From Malacoraja senta (taxonomy: Eukaryota): a stretch of DNA of 64,000 bases. The notes below the pieces were generated by a model. It worked only from the letters and a program-made list of their open reading frames with translations, ran no database searches and was not told where the DNA came from. The DNA is taken from contig CM075987.1 of assembly GCA_038087875.1 (NCBI GenBank), positions 27,654,001 to 27,718,000 of the forward strand, given 5' to 3'. A program made the position numbers and the translations under genes. Numbering within the stretch: position 1 is the stretch's first letter; each line of letters begins with the position of its first letter. Positions 48,246-59,842 of this stretch are shown here, one piece after another.

Positions 48246-49336
48246 ATGAACTATAAAATATGAATGGAGCAAAGCACGCAGACCAAAACTCCTTGACGTT
48301 TGTGCTTTGAGTTCTCCTTTGCTTGTGTTCTAGTCCCTATATCCCTTGAGATGAGCAATGAAATTATATTGTTTAATATTTTCCAACAATGCTTTGTTTC
48401 TGACACTCAGAGGCATGAAACTGTTTGATGGAAAGCTGCCAGTTTGTGCCGTACCGTGTGTGTGTGTGTGTGTGTGTTCTGCTGCTGCATCACACATCAC
48501 TTCATGATGTAATAATTAGATTGAGTGAAGGTCTAACAATGCTCGGGACAGCAATAGTATGAGGTGCAAGGCTAAGTCATTAGACCTCACTTCTTGCTAG
48601 AACCACGCTTGTAATTGTAAAGCAACATCCAGCCAATTTACTTTTGAAAGGCCTTCTATGTTGTAAATGCATAGTCACCTCTGTGGATTAATGTCGGCCA
48701 AGATAGTATGAATATTGATTTCTCTAACTTCAAGTAACCCTTGCATCCACTCTCTCTCCATCCCTCCCCCACCCAAGTCATACTAGCTTCAAAGTCATCT
48801 TGTTGAGTCTCATTGTCTGTAACTCGTTTTAACCGAGCCCAATGGCCTGTTTCTTTTATCATCGTTACTTTTTTGCATATCTTTAATTCGTTTTATTTCT
48901 CTCTATATCACTGTCTATTTCTCGTTCCCTTTTCCCCGATTCTCAGTCTGAAGAAGGGTCTCGACCCGAAATGTCACCTATTCCTTTTCCCCAGAGATGC
49001 TGCCTGTCCCGCTGAGTTACTCCAGCATTTTGTGTCTATCTACAGGAAGAACACCTCAAATAAGCTTCTTTTATATCCGTCTGATGGGGTACGTTCATTT
49101 AATATCTCATCTTAAAGAGAGCACACCAACACTGTGGCATGAAGTGCTGCACTGAAGTATTAAACTGTCATGCGCTCAAGTCCCTGCATTGGGCTTCTGA
49201 CTTTTCAAACCAGTGTGGGGGTGGGAGATTGCAACATTCACGTTTCGACGAATGCAATCATCCTGGCGTGCACAATCAAATAAGATCAAATAGAACAAGT
49301 TGTCGTAAAACTTTAGGCTGGGCACGCCGTACGCAT

Positions 49337-49720
49337 CAAAGATCCTATAGCAAGCAAGATAGATCACTCGACGAAAAAGACGTAGTACGGTCATGGGCAG
49401 ATTCATGGGTAATTTTTGGCCCCATTTCCGTAACCGGCTTCCGTCTCCCCACCAAAGATCCCATAGCGGAGCAAAGATACTAGTGCGGAGACGGAAGCCG
49501 GTTACGAAAACATCCTCGTAAAAATAAAAGTTCTTTGGTAAAAATCTTCTCCTCATTTTCAGAACACAAACTGTTCCCCCGCAACGTTGATTACACTGCG
49601 GGTCGGGTCGGGTTACTGAAATGGATGAAAAAAAGGCCCACATTCTGTTCCGTTGCATACTTCACGTCAGCCCATAGCATTTAACAGGAGTGGTCTAACT
49701 TGCTCCCTATAGGATCTTTG
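49337..49720. mobile_element. 384-bp non-autonomous DNA transposon (MITE) with ~33-bp TIRs and 8-bp TSD; P-element-like (hAT not excluded)
   Basis: Left end caaagatcctatagcaagcaagatagatcactc; right end reverse-complements to caaagatcctatagggagcaagttagaccactc. TSD gtacgcat at 49329-49336 and 49721-49728. Confidence 0.9.
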
Positions 49721-51254
49721 GTACGCATGAAGAAGACCAGTGTGGAATGATTTTGTACAACCTCAGACAAAAGGGTCTGAGGTGAGAGAATCGCAGTGCT
49801 TTCAGAGAGGGAATCGCAGTGCTTTCATTGTGCTTGCAGACAAGCATCAATTTATATATATTATAATACCCTAAATGTTTCCAACTTTCAGAGATCCAAA
49901 GGTCAAACAATGAAGCTGCTTCACCTACATTTGAATGACGTGAGGACGGAACTCTGCTGCATTTTTATTATTAGCCCCATCAATATCATAAAGATGGGAT
50001 TGTGTGGAGTGGAACAGAGGCAGAATGGTTGCTCTTCCAAATCCAATTGTTTAAAATTCATTTGAGTAAACAAGCGCTTATTGCCTGACTGTGCATTGAA
50101 TGGCCAGTGCCATAATCAAATCAGTTGCCGTTGTAAACCAGTTGCTCTCATCATCATGTTGCACTAAACCTAATTCGTGCTCCGCTATCTCCTGAAACCT
50201 GATTTAATTTCAAATGTCAGGTAGAGCTCCAAGGCTTAAAAGCCAATCTGATTTGGTCAAACAGGTGAATCAATGTCTGTTTATAACATTAGGAAGACAG
50301 AACTTTCAGTTGGAACCTGATTAAGAGATTATCTTATGCTCGAGATTCTTGTCTCAAAAATGGATTAGGGAGTGGCGTTTGTCAGATATTGTTAAAATAG
50401 ATTGCTTGCCATTGTGTGTTTTTGCAAAAACTAATAAAGGTCTGAGGAATGGTCTCGACAGAAACGTCACCCATTCCTTCTCTCCAGAGATGCTGCCTGC
50501 CCCGCTGAGTTACTCCAGCATTTTGTGTCTTGTCTTCGGTGTACACCAGAATCTGCAGTTCCTTCCTACAGATAAATACTTTCCGTATTGTGAGCATTTT
50601 CAAGCATATTTTGCACATTCTGGGGTGAAAATTTAAAATGTAGGTCTGCTCCTTAGTTGGTTTGATCGGATTTGCCCAGGTGGGCGAAATATATTACAAG
50701 ATCTAAAGTCCCCCAGTTTCCAAGCTGGAGGGAGGGGGAAGAGGTGTGTGGAGAGGAAGAGAGGGGCAAGAGTAATAACTTGGTCATCCTAGTCTTAGCA
50801 TTAATGCTTGGGAAACATAAAAAATAGGTGTAGGAGTAGGCCATTCGGCCCTTTGATCATGGCTGAGCATCCAGAATCAGTACCCCGTTCCTGTTTTCTC
50901 CTCATGTCCCTTGATTCCATTAGCCCTAAGAGCTATGTCTGAATCTCTTGAATACATTATTTTTCCTAAAATCAATAAAACAACTAGAATTGTTTGTAAC
51001 GCTAACCATTGTTTGGGAGAAGGAGGTCCTTGCGTCCAATGAAAGGAATTAATATGTGGGTTAATAGGATCGGTAAATGGACTTGCCTTCAGACAGGGTA
51101 AAAGATTCACAGTTTTGAATAGTCCTAGGAATGAGTTTGAAGGGCCAGTTTCCATGCTGTATCAGTTAACTGCTTTTAATATCGTGGGGAATAAACTGGC
51201 GTCAATTAGAGCATGAATGCAGTCACTTTTTATCCTCCCACCCCATCTCATTTG

Positions 51255-51535
51255 CTTAGTTTAGAGCTATAACAAGGAAACAAGCCCTTCGGCCCATTGA
51301 GTCCCGCACACTAACACTATCCTACACACTAGGGACGATTTACAATTTTACCAAAGTCAATTAACCTACAAACCTGAACGTCTTTGGCGTGCGGGAGGAA
51401 ACCGGTGCACCCGGAGAAAACCCACGCAGGTCATGGGGAGAACGTACAAACTCCGTACAGGCAGCACCCATAGTCGGGATGGAACCCGGGTCTCTGGCGC
51501 TGTGAGGCAGCTACTCTATCACTGTGCTACCATGC
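51255..51535 (-). mobile_element. V-SINE (HE1-like) ~95 bp upstream of the SLC31A1 exon-2 acceptor
   Basis: Reverse copy of the same SINE. Confidence 0.8.
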
Positions 51536-51671
51536 TGGCCATACAATTTCCTGAGGTATTTTCAATTTCTTGTATTTGTAGTGTGCTTTTTGCTTTCTGG
51601 AGATATGTGATGTGTGTTTCCTTTCTCAGGTATTCACGGGGAGTTTGGGGCTGCTTTTCTCCACGCTGGAA

Positions 51672-51764
51672 ATGAACGGTTCGATGGGTCACGATCATGA
51701 TCACAGCAGCATGTCCATGGACCACTCTACGGCTGCACCAAGCCACGGCACTCATGGCATGATG
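51672..51764 (+). CDS. SLC31A1: SLC31A1/CTR1 first coding exon (exon begins 51630): MNGSMGHDHDHSSMSMDHSTAAPSHGTHGMM
   Basis: His/Met-rich copper-binding ectodomain. ttctcag| acceptor at 51629, phase-0 |gtgagg donor. Confidence 0.92.
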
Positions 51765-51884
51765 GTGAGGACTCCCTCCAACCTTGTTACCTCGGGCTCT
51801 GCAGTCAATCTGTCCTGTTCAGTTACTTTGTTATTGCCACCTTTACTGAGCTACAGTGAAATGCTTAGCTGATACAACAAGATA

Positions 51885-52412
51885 GAAACATAGAAACATA
51901 GATAATAGGTGCAGGAGTAGGCCATTGGTCCCTTCGAGCCTGCACTGCCATTCAATATGATCATGGCTGATCATCCAACTCAGTATCCTGTACCTGCCTT
52001 CTCTCCATACCCCCTGATCCTTTTAGCCACAAGGGCCACATCTAACTCCCTCTTAAATATAGCCAAATGAACTGGCCTCAACTACCTTCTGTGGCAGAGA
52101 ATTCCACAGATTCATCACTCTGTGTGAATTTTTCTTTCTCATCTCGGTCCTAAAAGACTTCCCCCTTATCCTTAAACTGTGACCCCTTGTTCTGGACTTC
52201 CCCAACATCGGGAACAATCTTCTTGCATCTAGCCTGTCCAACCCCTTAAGAACTTTGTAAATTTCTATAAGATCCCCCCTCAATCTTCTAAATTCCAGCG
52301 AGTACAAGCCGAGTCTATGCAGTCTTTCTTCATATGAGAGTCCTGCCATCCCAGGAATCGGTCTGGTGAACCTTCTCTGTACTCCCTCTATGGCAAGAAT
52401 GTCTTTCCTCAG
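51885..52412 (-). mobile_element. CR1-clade LINE 3' fragment
   Basis: EGVQRRFTR.IPGMAGLSYEERL..LGLYSLEFRRLRGDLIE. Tail (tttctatg)n. Confidence 0.88.
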
Positions 52413-53039
52413 AAAGTAGTATCTGTAATTCCACAAGCAGTATCTGCAATTCCACAAAAGATTGGGCACACGAGGAAGCTTAATTTGGATTGAAGTTAGT
52501 GTGAAGCATTGCGACACCCTCTCCGTTGACAGAGAAACTGGTGCAGGAGTAGGCCATTCGGCCCTTCGAGCCAACACCGCCATTCAATATGATCATGGCT
52601 GATCATCTAAAATCAGTACCCCCGTTCCTGCTTTCTCCCCATATCCCTTGATTCCTTTAGCCCCAAGAGCTAAATCTAACTCTCTTGAAAACTGCCATTA
52701 ATATGCCATTATATATGGAATTATCCTTACGGTGAGGGATACTTGGGGGTTTTTCCCCCTGAAATAGCTCATTTTGGGGAAGGGATTAGTTTGTATTGAA
52801 GGAGGTTGCTGTGGTTACTGAGCTCCCAGCCACCTTCTCCTCATAACCATTTTTAATAATTCATGTGAGGTATCTATGTGAAAGAAAGATGTTTTAATCT
52901 GCTATCTAGTTGTGTGGCTCTGAGTCTGTATGTGGAGTCAAGGGAACATGTATCCATTCTACGAATAGTTATCACATCAGGAATCTGAAAACTGAGACTG
53001 AATGAAACAATGTTTGGTGATTGAATGGAAAGCCTTAGT

Positions 53040-53520
53040 GATAGGGTACTAGAAATACAGCAAGCAGGGTGCCCAAACCTGAACACAATGCTCGACATGC
53101 AGCCTCATCAACAGCTAGTACAAGTGTATCAGAACATCCCAACCTCTACACTCAGTAACCTGACTGATGTGCCAAATGCCTTTTTGACCACACAATCTAC
53201 TGCGATACCACTTTCAAGGAACAATATAGCTGCACTCCAAGATCCCTCTGCCCTACAACACTCTCCAGCGCCCTGACATCCACTGTGAAGGTTCTGTTTT
53301 GACTTCCCCAAATGCAACGCCTCGCACTTCCCTGCAGTAAACTCCATTATCAATTCCTCAGCTCACTTGCCCAACTGATCAGGATCTTGGTGTAACTTTT
53401 CATAAACTTCGAGATCTTCGCTGTCTTAATACCACTCATTTTAATGTCATCTGCAAACGTACTGATGATGACGTGCACATTCTCATCTAACTCGTTGATT
53501 TAAACTACAAACAACAATTT
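53040..53520 (-). mobile_element. Degenerate CR1 LINE RT fragment
   Basis: Reverse strand reads FADDIK, MEFTAGKCEALHLG and VVKKAFG. Confidence 0.7.
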
Positions 53521-53914
53521 ACTGCTTTCTTCTACTCTGACCCAAACGTGGAAAATACGACATGACCGTTAAGGCTAAAAATGTAATCAATCAAGCTTAG
53601 AACATAGACATAGAAGAGTACAGCACAGGAATGTGTCCTTCGGCCCACAATGTTTGTGCCAAACGTGATTCTAATTTAAACTGATCTCATCTGTCTGCAC
53701 ATGATCCATATCCCTCTATTCCCCATACTTCCATGTGCCTGTCTAAAAGTCTCTTAAACACCCCTGTCGTATCTGCTTCCACCACCACCCCCAGCAGTGT
53801 CTGCTTCCACCACCACCCCTGTCGTATCTGCTTCCACCACCACCCCTAGCAGTGCATTCCAAGCCCCCACTACTGTGCACATTAAAAAAACTTGCCCCGC
53901 ACATCTCCATTAAA

Positions 53915-53916
<2 letters not shown>

Positions 53917-54005
<89 letters not shown>
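53917..54005. repeat. (CT)n microsatellite (~44 units)
   Basis: Read directly; ~115 nt upstream of the SLC31A1 acceptor at 54121. Confidence 0.97.
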
Positions 54006-54008
<3 letters not shown>

Positions 54009-54121
54009 TTATAGCTATACCCTGGGGGACTGTGTTTGTGAGCTAAAGCAATGAGATTTTTTGGCTAGTATTTGTGTTTGTGGTGTAATCTGTGTCTCAC
54101 TCTGCAATTGTTTACCCCTAG

Positions 54122-54194
54122 CAAATGACATTCTACTTTGGGTACAAAGATGTGTCACTGCTCTTCCCGGGGCTGCTGATCAATTCTGGTGGAG
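54122..54194 (+). CDS. SLC31A1: SLC31A1 coding exon 2 (QMTFYFGYKDVSLLFPGLLINSGG)
   Basis: cctag| acceptor, |gtgagt donor, 73 nt. Completes the CTR1 M.MTFYFG motif. Confidence 0.95.
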
Positions 54195-55515
54195 GTGAGT
54201 GCTGGATTCAGAGATGACCTGGAGTTTGCAGAACAACCAACATCCATTGATGTAGTGCCTGCAAGGTAGAACGATGTCCAGGATGTATATTTGCCAGGCG
54301 GCTGTGGAGGCAAAGTCAGTGGATATATTTAAGGCAGAAATAGATAGATTCTTGATTAGTGCGGGTGTCAGAGGTTATGGGGAGAAGGCAGGAGAATGGG
54401 GTTGGGAGGGAGAGATAGATCAGCCATGATTGAATGGCGGAGTAGACTTGATGGGCCGAATGGCCTAATTCTACTCCTATCACATGATCTAAGATGTCTG
54501 GTGGATGATTGGCAGACAGCATATGAAATGGAGTGACATAGATGTCAGAAAAAGTTCTTTAAGGTCCGACTTAAATGGGAGTAGGCGTCAATGTTTAGTC
54601 ACTCTAGAACCCAAGATCCAAGCATGCTGTACGACTCGGTATCTAACGCGCAAAGTGTTTACAGAGGTGGAAGAGGTTGTGGTCATTCATGACATTTAGA
54701 CACCAATATATCAGATTTCATTTTGAGAATTAGATTGACTGGGAAACCTAAATTTTGGAACTTTTCTATGTCTAAATAGAAATCTAGAACAAAAGGATGA
54801 TTTAAGAGTGATCCGCGGGGTAAATTAGTGGTGTCTGTCTGCATTGAGCTGACATGGATGTGGCAGAGGCCGATACAACAACGTTTTAAAGACATTTGGA
54901 TAGGTACTTGGATGGTACCTATCAGTGGATATTTTTAAGGCAGAGATAGATAGATTTTTGATTAGTACGGATGTTATTGGTTAGCGGGAGAATGGGGTTA
55001 GGAGCATAGATCATCCATGATTGAATGGTGGAGTAGACTTGATGGGCTGAATGGCCTAATTCTACTCCTATCACATATGACTAAGTAGTGAGAGGAGGCT
55101 GAACTCTCGTCGGAGAGAGGAGTCAGTCTGAAGAACGGTCTCCACCCGAAACGTCACCCATTCCTTCTGTCCAGAGATGCTGCCTGCCTGTCCTGCTGAG
55201 TTACTCCAGCATTCTGTATCTCTCTTTGACTAAGTAGTGAGCTGCCTTGAGCAACACATCCTTGGGTGGGAGAGGTAACGGAGTGGTTCAGCTACTGCGT
55301 CACAGCCCCATCGACCTGGGTCCAAACCTGACGTCTAGTGCCGTCTGTGTGGAACTTGGATGTTCTCCCGTGACTGCATGGGCCACCCACATGGTTCCTC
55401 GTATCTCAAGGTTTTTGTTGTAACTTACCCCTCCTATCTAGGTGAATGGTGTCATCTGGTATGTAGAGTGAATAAAATAGTATTGCTGAAGGATTCATTT
55501 AAATGGTGCATAACA

Positions 55516-55811
55516 GTTTAGTTTAGAGATACAGCACAGAAATCGGGCCCTTCGGCCCACCAAGTCCGTGCCGACCAGCGATCCCCGTACACTAGCACTA
55601 TCCTACACACTAGGGACAATTTATAATTTTTACTGAAGCCGAATTAACCTACAAACCTGTACGCCTTTGGAATGTGGGAGAGCACCCGGAGAAAACCCAC
55701 ATAGGTCACAGGGAGAATGTACAAACTCCATACAGACGGTACCCGGAATCAGGATCGAACCCGGGTCCCTGGCGCTGTGAGGCAGCAGCTCTACCACTGC
55801 GCAACCGTGGC
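55516..55811 (-). mobile_element. V-SINE (HE1-like)
   Basis: Reverse copy with gtttagtttag tail. Confidence 0.8.
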
Positions 55812-56009
55812 GCTCTCAGCTGTCGGCTCGATGGGCTGAAAGGCTGTTTCCGTGCCGTATGATTCTGCTTTATCATCTGACAAGGACAGAATGGTCAGAT
55901 CTTGTTTATATCATGAGCGATGGACCCTGATTCAAAGGCTTATGGTTTGCATGTGCTTACTGCTTGTGAGTGTGGTGCTAAAGCACCTTGGAAGCTGTAA
56001 GCAGTGTGT

Positions 56010-57084
56010 GTTCGGTTCCACAAGGTTCCATCCTTGGCCCCATTCTCTTCTCCCTGTATATGCTCCCCTTGGGCCAAGTCATTGAAAGGCACGGCATTTC
56101 CTTCCATTGCTACGCAGACGATACACAACTCTATCTCCCCCTGAAGCCCAAAAACCAATCAAATCTGCTTAACCTTACCCACTGCCTCGAGGATATAAAG
56201 TGTTGGATGGCCCAGAACTTCCTCCAACTAAACGAGAGTAAGTCTGAGGTCATCCTTCTCGGCCCCTCGGACTCAATCAAAATGATAGCAGGCAGCCTTG
56301 GAAGCCTTACCCCACTACTCAAACCTCACGTCAAAAACCTTGGCGTGATATTTGACTCAGCACTGAAATTTGACAAACAAGTCAATGCCGTGGTGAAAGC
56401 TAGCTTCTTTCAGCTTTGGACGATAGCTAAAATAAAACAATTCCTCCAGTTTGATGACCTCGAAAAGATCATCCACACATTCATCTCCTCCCGCCTAGAT
56501 TACTGCAACTCCCTTTACACTGGCATCAGCCAATCTTCCCTGTCCCGCCTGCATCTGGTCCAAAACGCCGCAGCGAGACTCCTGACGGGCACCCGAAAAA
56601 GGGACCACATCACCCCGATCCTGGCCTCTCTCCACTGGCTCCCTGTGCGGTTCCGTATAAACTTCAAGATCCTCCTCCACGTCTACAAAGCCCTCAATGG
56701 GCTTGCCCCCACCTACATAAACAGTCTTCTCACCCACCACTCCACCTCCAGGCCCCTCAGATCGGCCGACTTGGGGTTGCTGAATATCCCACGGTCTAGG
56801 CATAAGCTCAGGGGCGACCGGGCCTTTGCGGTTGCAGCCCCTAGACTGTGGAACAGCATCCCCTTTCCCATCAGAACTGCCCCCTCAATCGACTCTTTTA
56901 AGTCAAGACTAAAAATGTATCTATACTCCCAAGCCTTTCCTGACGTCCTCTGAGTGAGGGCTACATGTATATATGTATGTAGTTTGTTTTGTTTATGCTA
57001 TTCTTATAACAAATGTAAAGCACTTTGGCCAACCAGAGTTGTTTTTTAAATGTGCTATATAAATATATGTGACTTGACTTGACT
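56010..57084 (+). mobile_element. 3' fragment of an L2-clade LINE in an SLC31A1 intron
   Basis: Open ORF to 56953 with VPQGSILGP, YADDTQ, SRLDYCNS and LHWLPV. Tail (GACTT)n. Confidence 0.92.
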
Positions 57085-57686
57085 AGAAGGAATTGGAGAC
57101 AGAAAGAACTGCACATCTTTACAAAAAAAGATACTATGTGCTGGAGTAATTCAGCAGGTCAGGCAGCTGCTCTGGAGAACATGGATAGGTGACGTTTCAG
57201 GTTGGGACACTTCTTCAGACCTGCTGCTTTTCTTCTGTCACCATTGGTCTAAAGAAGGGACCCTATCCGAAACGTCACCTAGCCATGTTCTCCAGAGATG
57301 CTGCCTGGCCTATAGAGTTACTCCAGCAATTTTGTCTTTTTATCTTAGAAAGAATTGTCCATCTTAAGCTGGCTGAAGGTGGAATCAGTCAGGGTTCTAC
57401 ACTGCTGCTGAACCATCGTGGAATTGGGATACCTAATAACTGAGGCACATTGCAAAGTGAAGTGCTAGATTATACACAGTGGGATCAGTATATTCTTTTT
57501 GGCAAATATATAATGGATCTCCAGGATCTCGAGGCAATTCCTTGGATAAAAAACTGCTATGTGCTTGCTTCTCTTTCCTATTTCTCTCCCATCCTAATCC
57601 ACGATCTACCTATGCCTGGCTGCTAAATAATTTTAAACTGTAGAATTTGTACGATCTTGTTTTCTTTTGTTATCTGTCCTCCACAG

Positions 57687-57855
57687 GGATGGTTGGAGCC
57701 TGCGTGGTTGTCTTCCTGGTTGCAGTCATTTATGAAGGCCTAAAAATCAGTCGGGAATGTTTGCTCCGCAAATCGCAGGTTAATGTCCGTTATAACTCCA
57801 TGCCTGTCCCGGGACCAAACGGGACAATATTGATGGAAACACACAAAACGGTCGG
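57687..57855 (+). CDS. SLC31A1: SLC31A1 coding exon 3 (TM1 and cytosolic loop: [23 protein letters not shown]...METHKTVG)
   Basis: cacag| acceptor, |gtgagt donor, 169 nt. YEGLK and [23 protein letters not shown] match CTR1. Confidence 0.97.
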
Positions 57856-58730
57856 GTGAGTGAGAAAAACCGCTGAACACGATGAGACGCGCGATTTGTA
57901 AATCGCAAACTATATTGATGATGAATTGTGGTTGATGCCTTCTGCAGCGGCAGAGAGATTCGGGGCTAGACACAAAATGCTGGAGTAACTCAGCGGGACA
58001 GGCAGCATCTCTGGAGAGAAGAAATGGAATGACGTTTCGGGTCGAGACCCTTCTTCAGACTGAGAGTCGGGAGAGGGCAGGACAAAGATAAAATGTAGTT
58101 GGAGACAGTCAGTGGGCATGGGATGTTGAGGAGACGACTCTGTGACACGGAATGGTGACAGTATAATCCGTGTGACGTTCCTGTCTATCCTGTCATTCTC
58201 AATTTACGGCAACTGGAAAACTGATCAGGGATGAAGTAGGAAAATGAACAACTTTCAGTGTAAATGTAGAAGCAGCCACTGTGTAGCAAGGAACTGCAGA
58301 TGCTGGTTTACACCGAAAAAAGACACAAAATGCAGGAGTAACTCAGCCGGTCAGGCAGCATCTCGAGAGAAGGAATGGGTGACATTTCAGGTCGAGACCC
58401 TTCTTCAGACTGCGAGTGGCTATCCATGGCTTTCTCTTTAACTGGAGAGGGGAACTAGATATGGGAAGGGTACAAAGTGAATGTAAGGTGTGAAAAGTAC
58501 AGATCAAAGCAGACTATGATCAAAGAAATGTACAAAGGTTCTTTAATGGTTGAGGGGAAGGTGACAACTCTTCAGCAATGCCTGTCCCGCTGAGTTGCTC
58601 CAACATTTTGTGTCTATAACTTAGAAGCAGTGACTGTTGCCTTCCAAATAGCCCCAGCAGACTGCTGCTGACCCAGCGTGGGCCGCACAGAGCCGTGACG
58701 TTTTACTGACTCTGTTTCTCATGCTTGCAG

Positions 58731-58932
58731 GCAGCAGATGTTCAGCATTCCCCACCTCATCCAGACCGGACTGCACGTCATCCAGGTGGTCATCAGTTAC
58801 TTCCTCATGCTGGTCTTCATGACCTACAACGGTTACCTCTGCATCGCTGTGGCATTGGGCGCTGGTGTTGGATACTTTCTCTTTAGCTGGAATAAGGCTG
58901 TGGTGGTGGACATTACAGAACACTGCCATTAA
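58731..58932 (+). CDS. SLC31A1: SLC31A1 last coding exon (TM2 MLVFM, TM3 GxxxG, C-terminal HCH, stop)
   Basis: tgcag| acceptor. Contains the MxxxM-x12-GxxxG signature and ends VVDITEHCH*. Spliced CDS is 537 nt (178 aa). Confidence 0.97.
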
Positions 58933-59482
58933 TGCCAGCTCAGTGGGGAATCTGAATGAATCAGTCCTCACATCTACGATCTAAGTAATGGATATACACG
59001 CTCACACAGGCACGCACGCGCCCGCGTGTATGTGTCTGCGTTTGTGTAACTATATATAATATATCATTTCTTCCATGGCTCTCTTTCTGTGTGCGTTCAG
59101 ACTCCAGTTTAAAGATTGCTGCTTTAATTTTGGTCTGCTTCATGTCTTAATAGTCAGGAATGCTCTGCCCTTCCTGCAGCCTCACGTATGACGAATTGGT
59201 GGTGAGGCAGCACTTTTGACCCAAAGAGCTAAGCATGAGAGCAAATTAAAACCACGAGACGTAACTTTATCTGGAGTCACATGTAAAATAGTTACTATAT
59301 TATCTTCTCTCAGATGGAATTTTGTAAAATTCTCAGCAAATCATTTGTTAGATTCTGGTATTGAATGTCAATGCCTTAATCCCATTGATTATAGATCAGA
59401 AGTAGTTACCTCACATGTGCATCTTTCATTACTATGAGGTTCAGCATTAGGACAAAAAAAAAGAGGTCTTGGTCAACAATCT

Positions 59483-59842
59483 TGTGCTGGCGCTCTCACA
59501 CGTGCTGGCGCTCTCACACGCATCCTGGCGCTCTCACACGCGTGCTGGCGCTCTCACACATGTGCTGGCGGTCTCACACATGTGCTGGCGGTCTCACACA
59601 TGTGCTGGAGGTCTCACATGCGTGCTGGAGGTCTCACACGCGTTCTGGCGGTCTCACACGCGTGCTGGCGGTCTCACACGCGTGCTGGAGGTCTCACACA
59701 CATGCTGGCAGTCTCACATGCGTGCTGGAGGTCTCACACGTGTGCTGGCGGTCTCACACATGTGCTGGCGGTCTCACACGTGGGCTGGCGGTCTAACACG
59801 CATGCTGGCGGTCTCACACGTGTGCTGGCGGTCTCACATGTG
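59483..59842. repeat. 20-bp minisatellite (~18 copies; tgtgctggcggtctcacacg) downstream of the SLC31A1 stop
   Basis: Head-to-tail units with minor variants and no unique spacers. Confidence 0.95.

Noticed and set aside
53762..53853. Triplicated tctgcttccaccaccacccc
   Set aside because: Local slippage inside a CR1 tail fragment; no sign of function.
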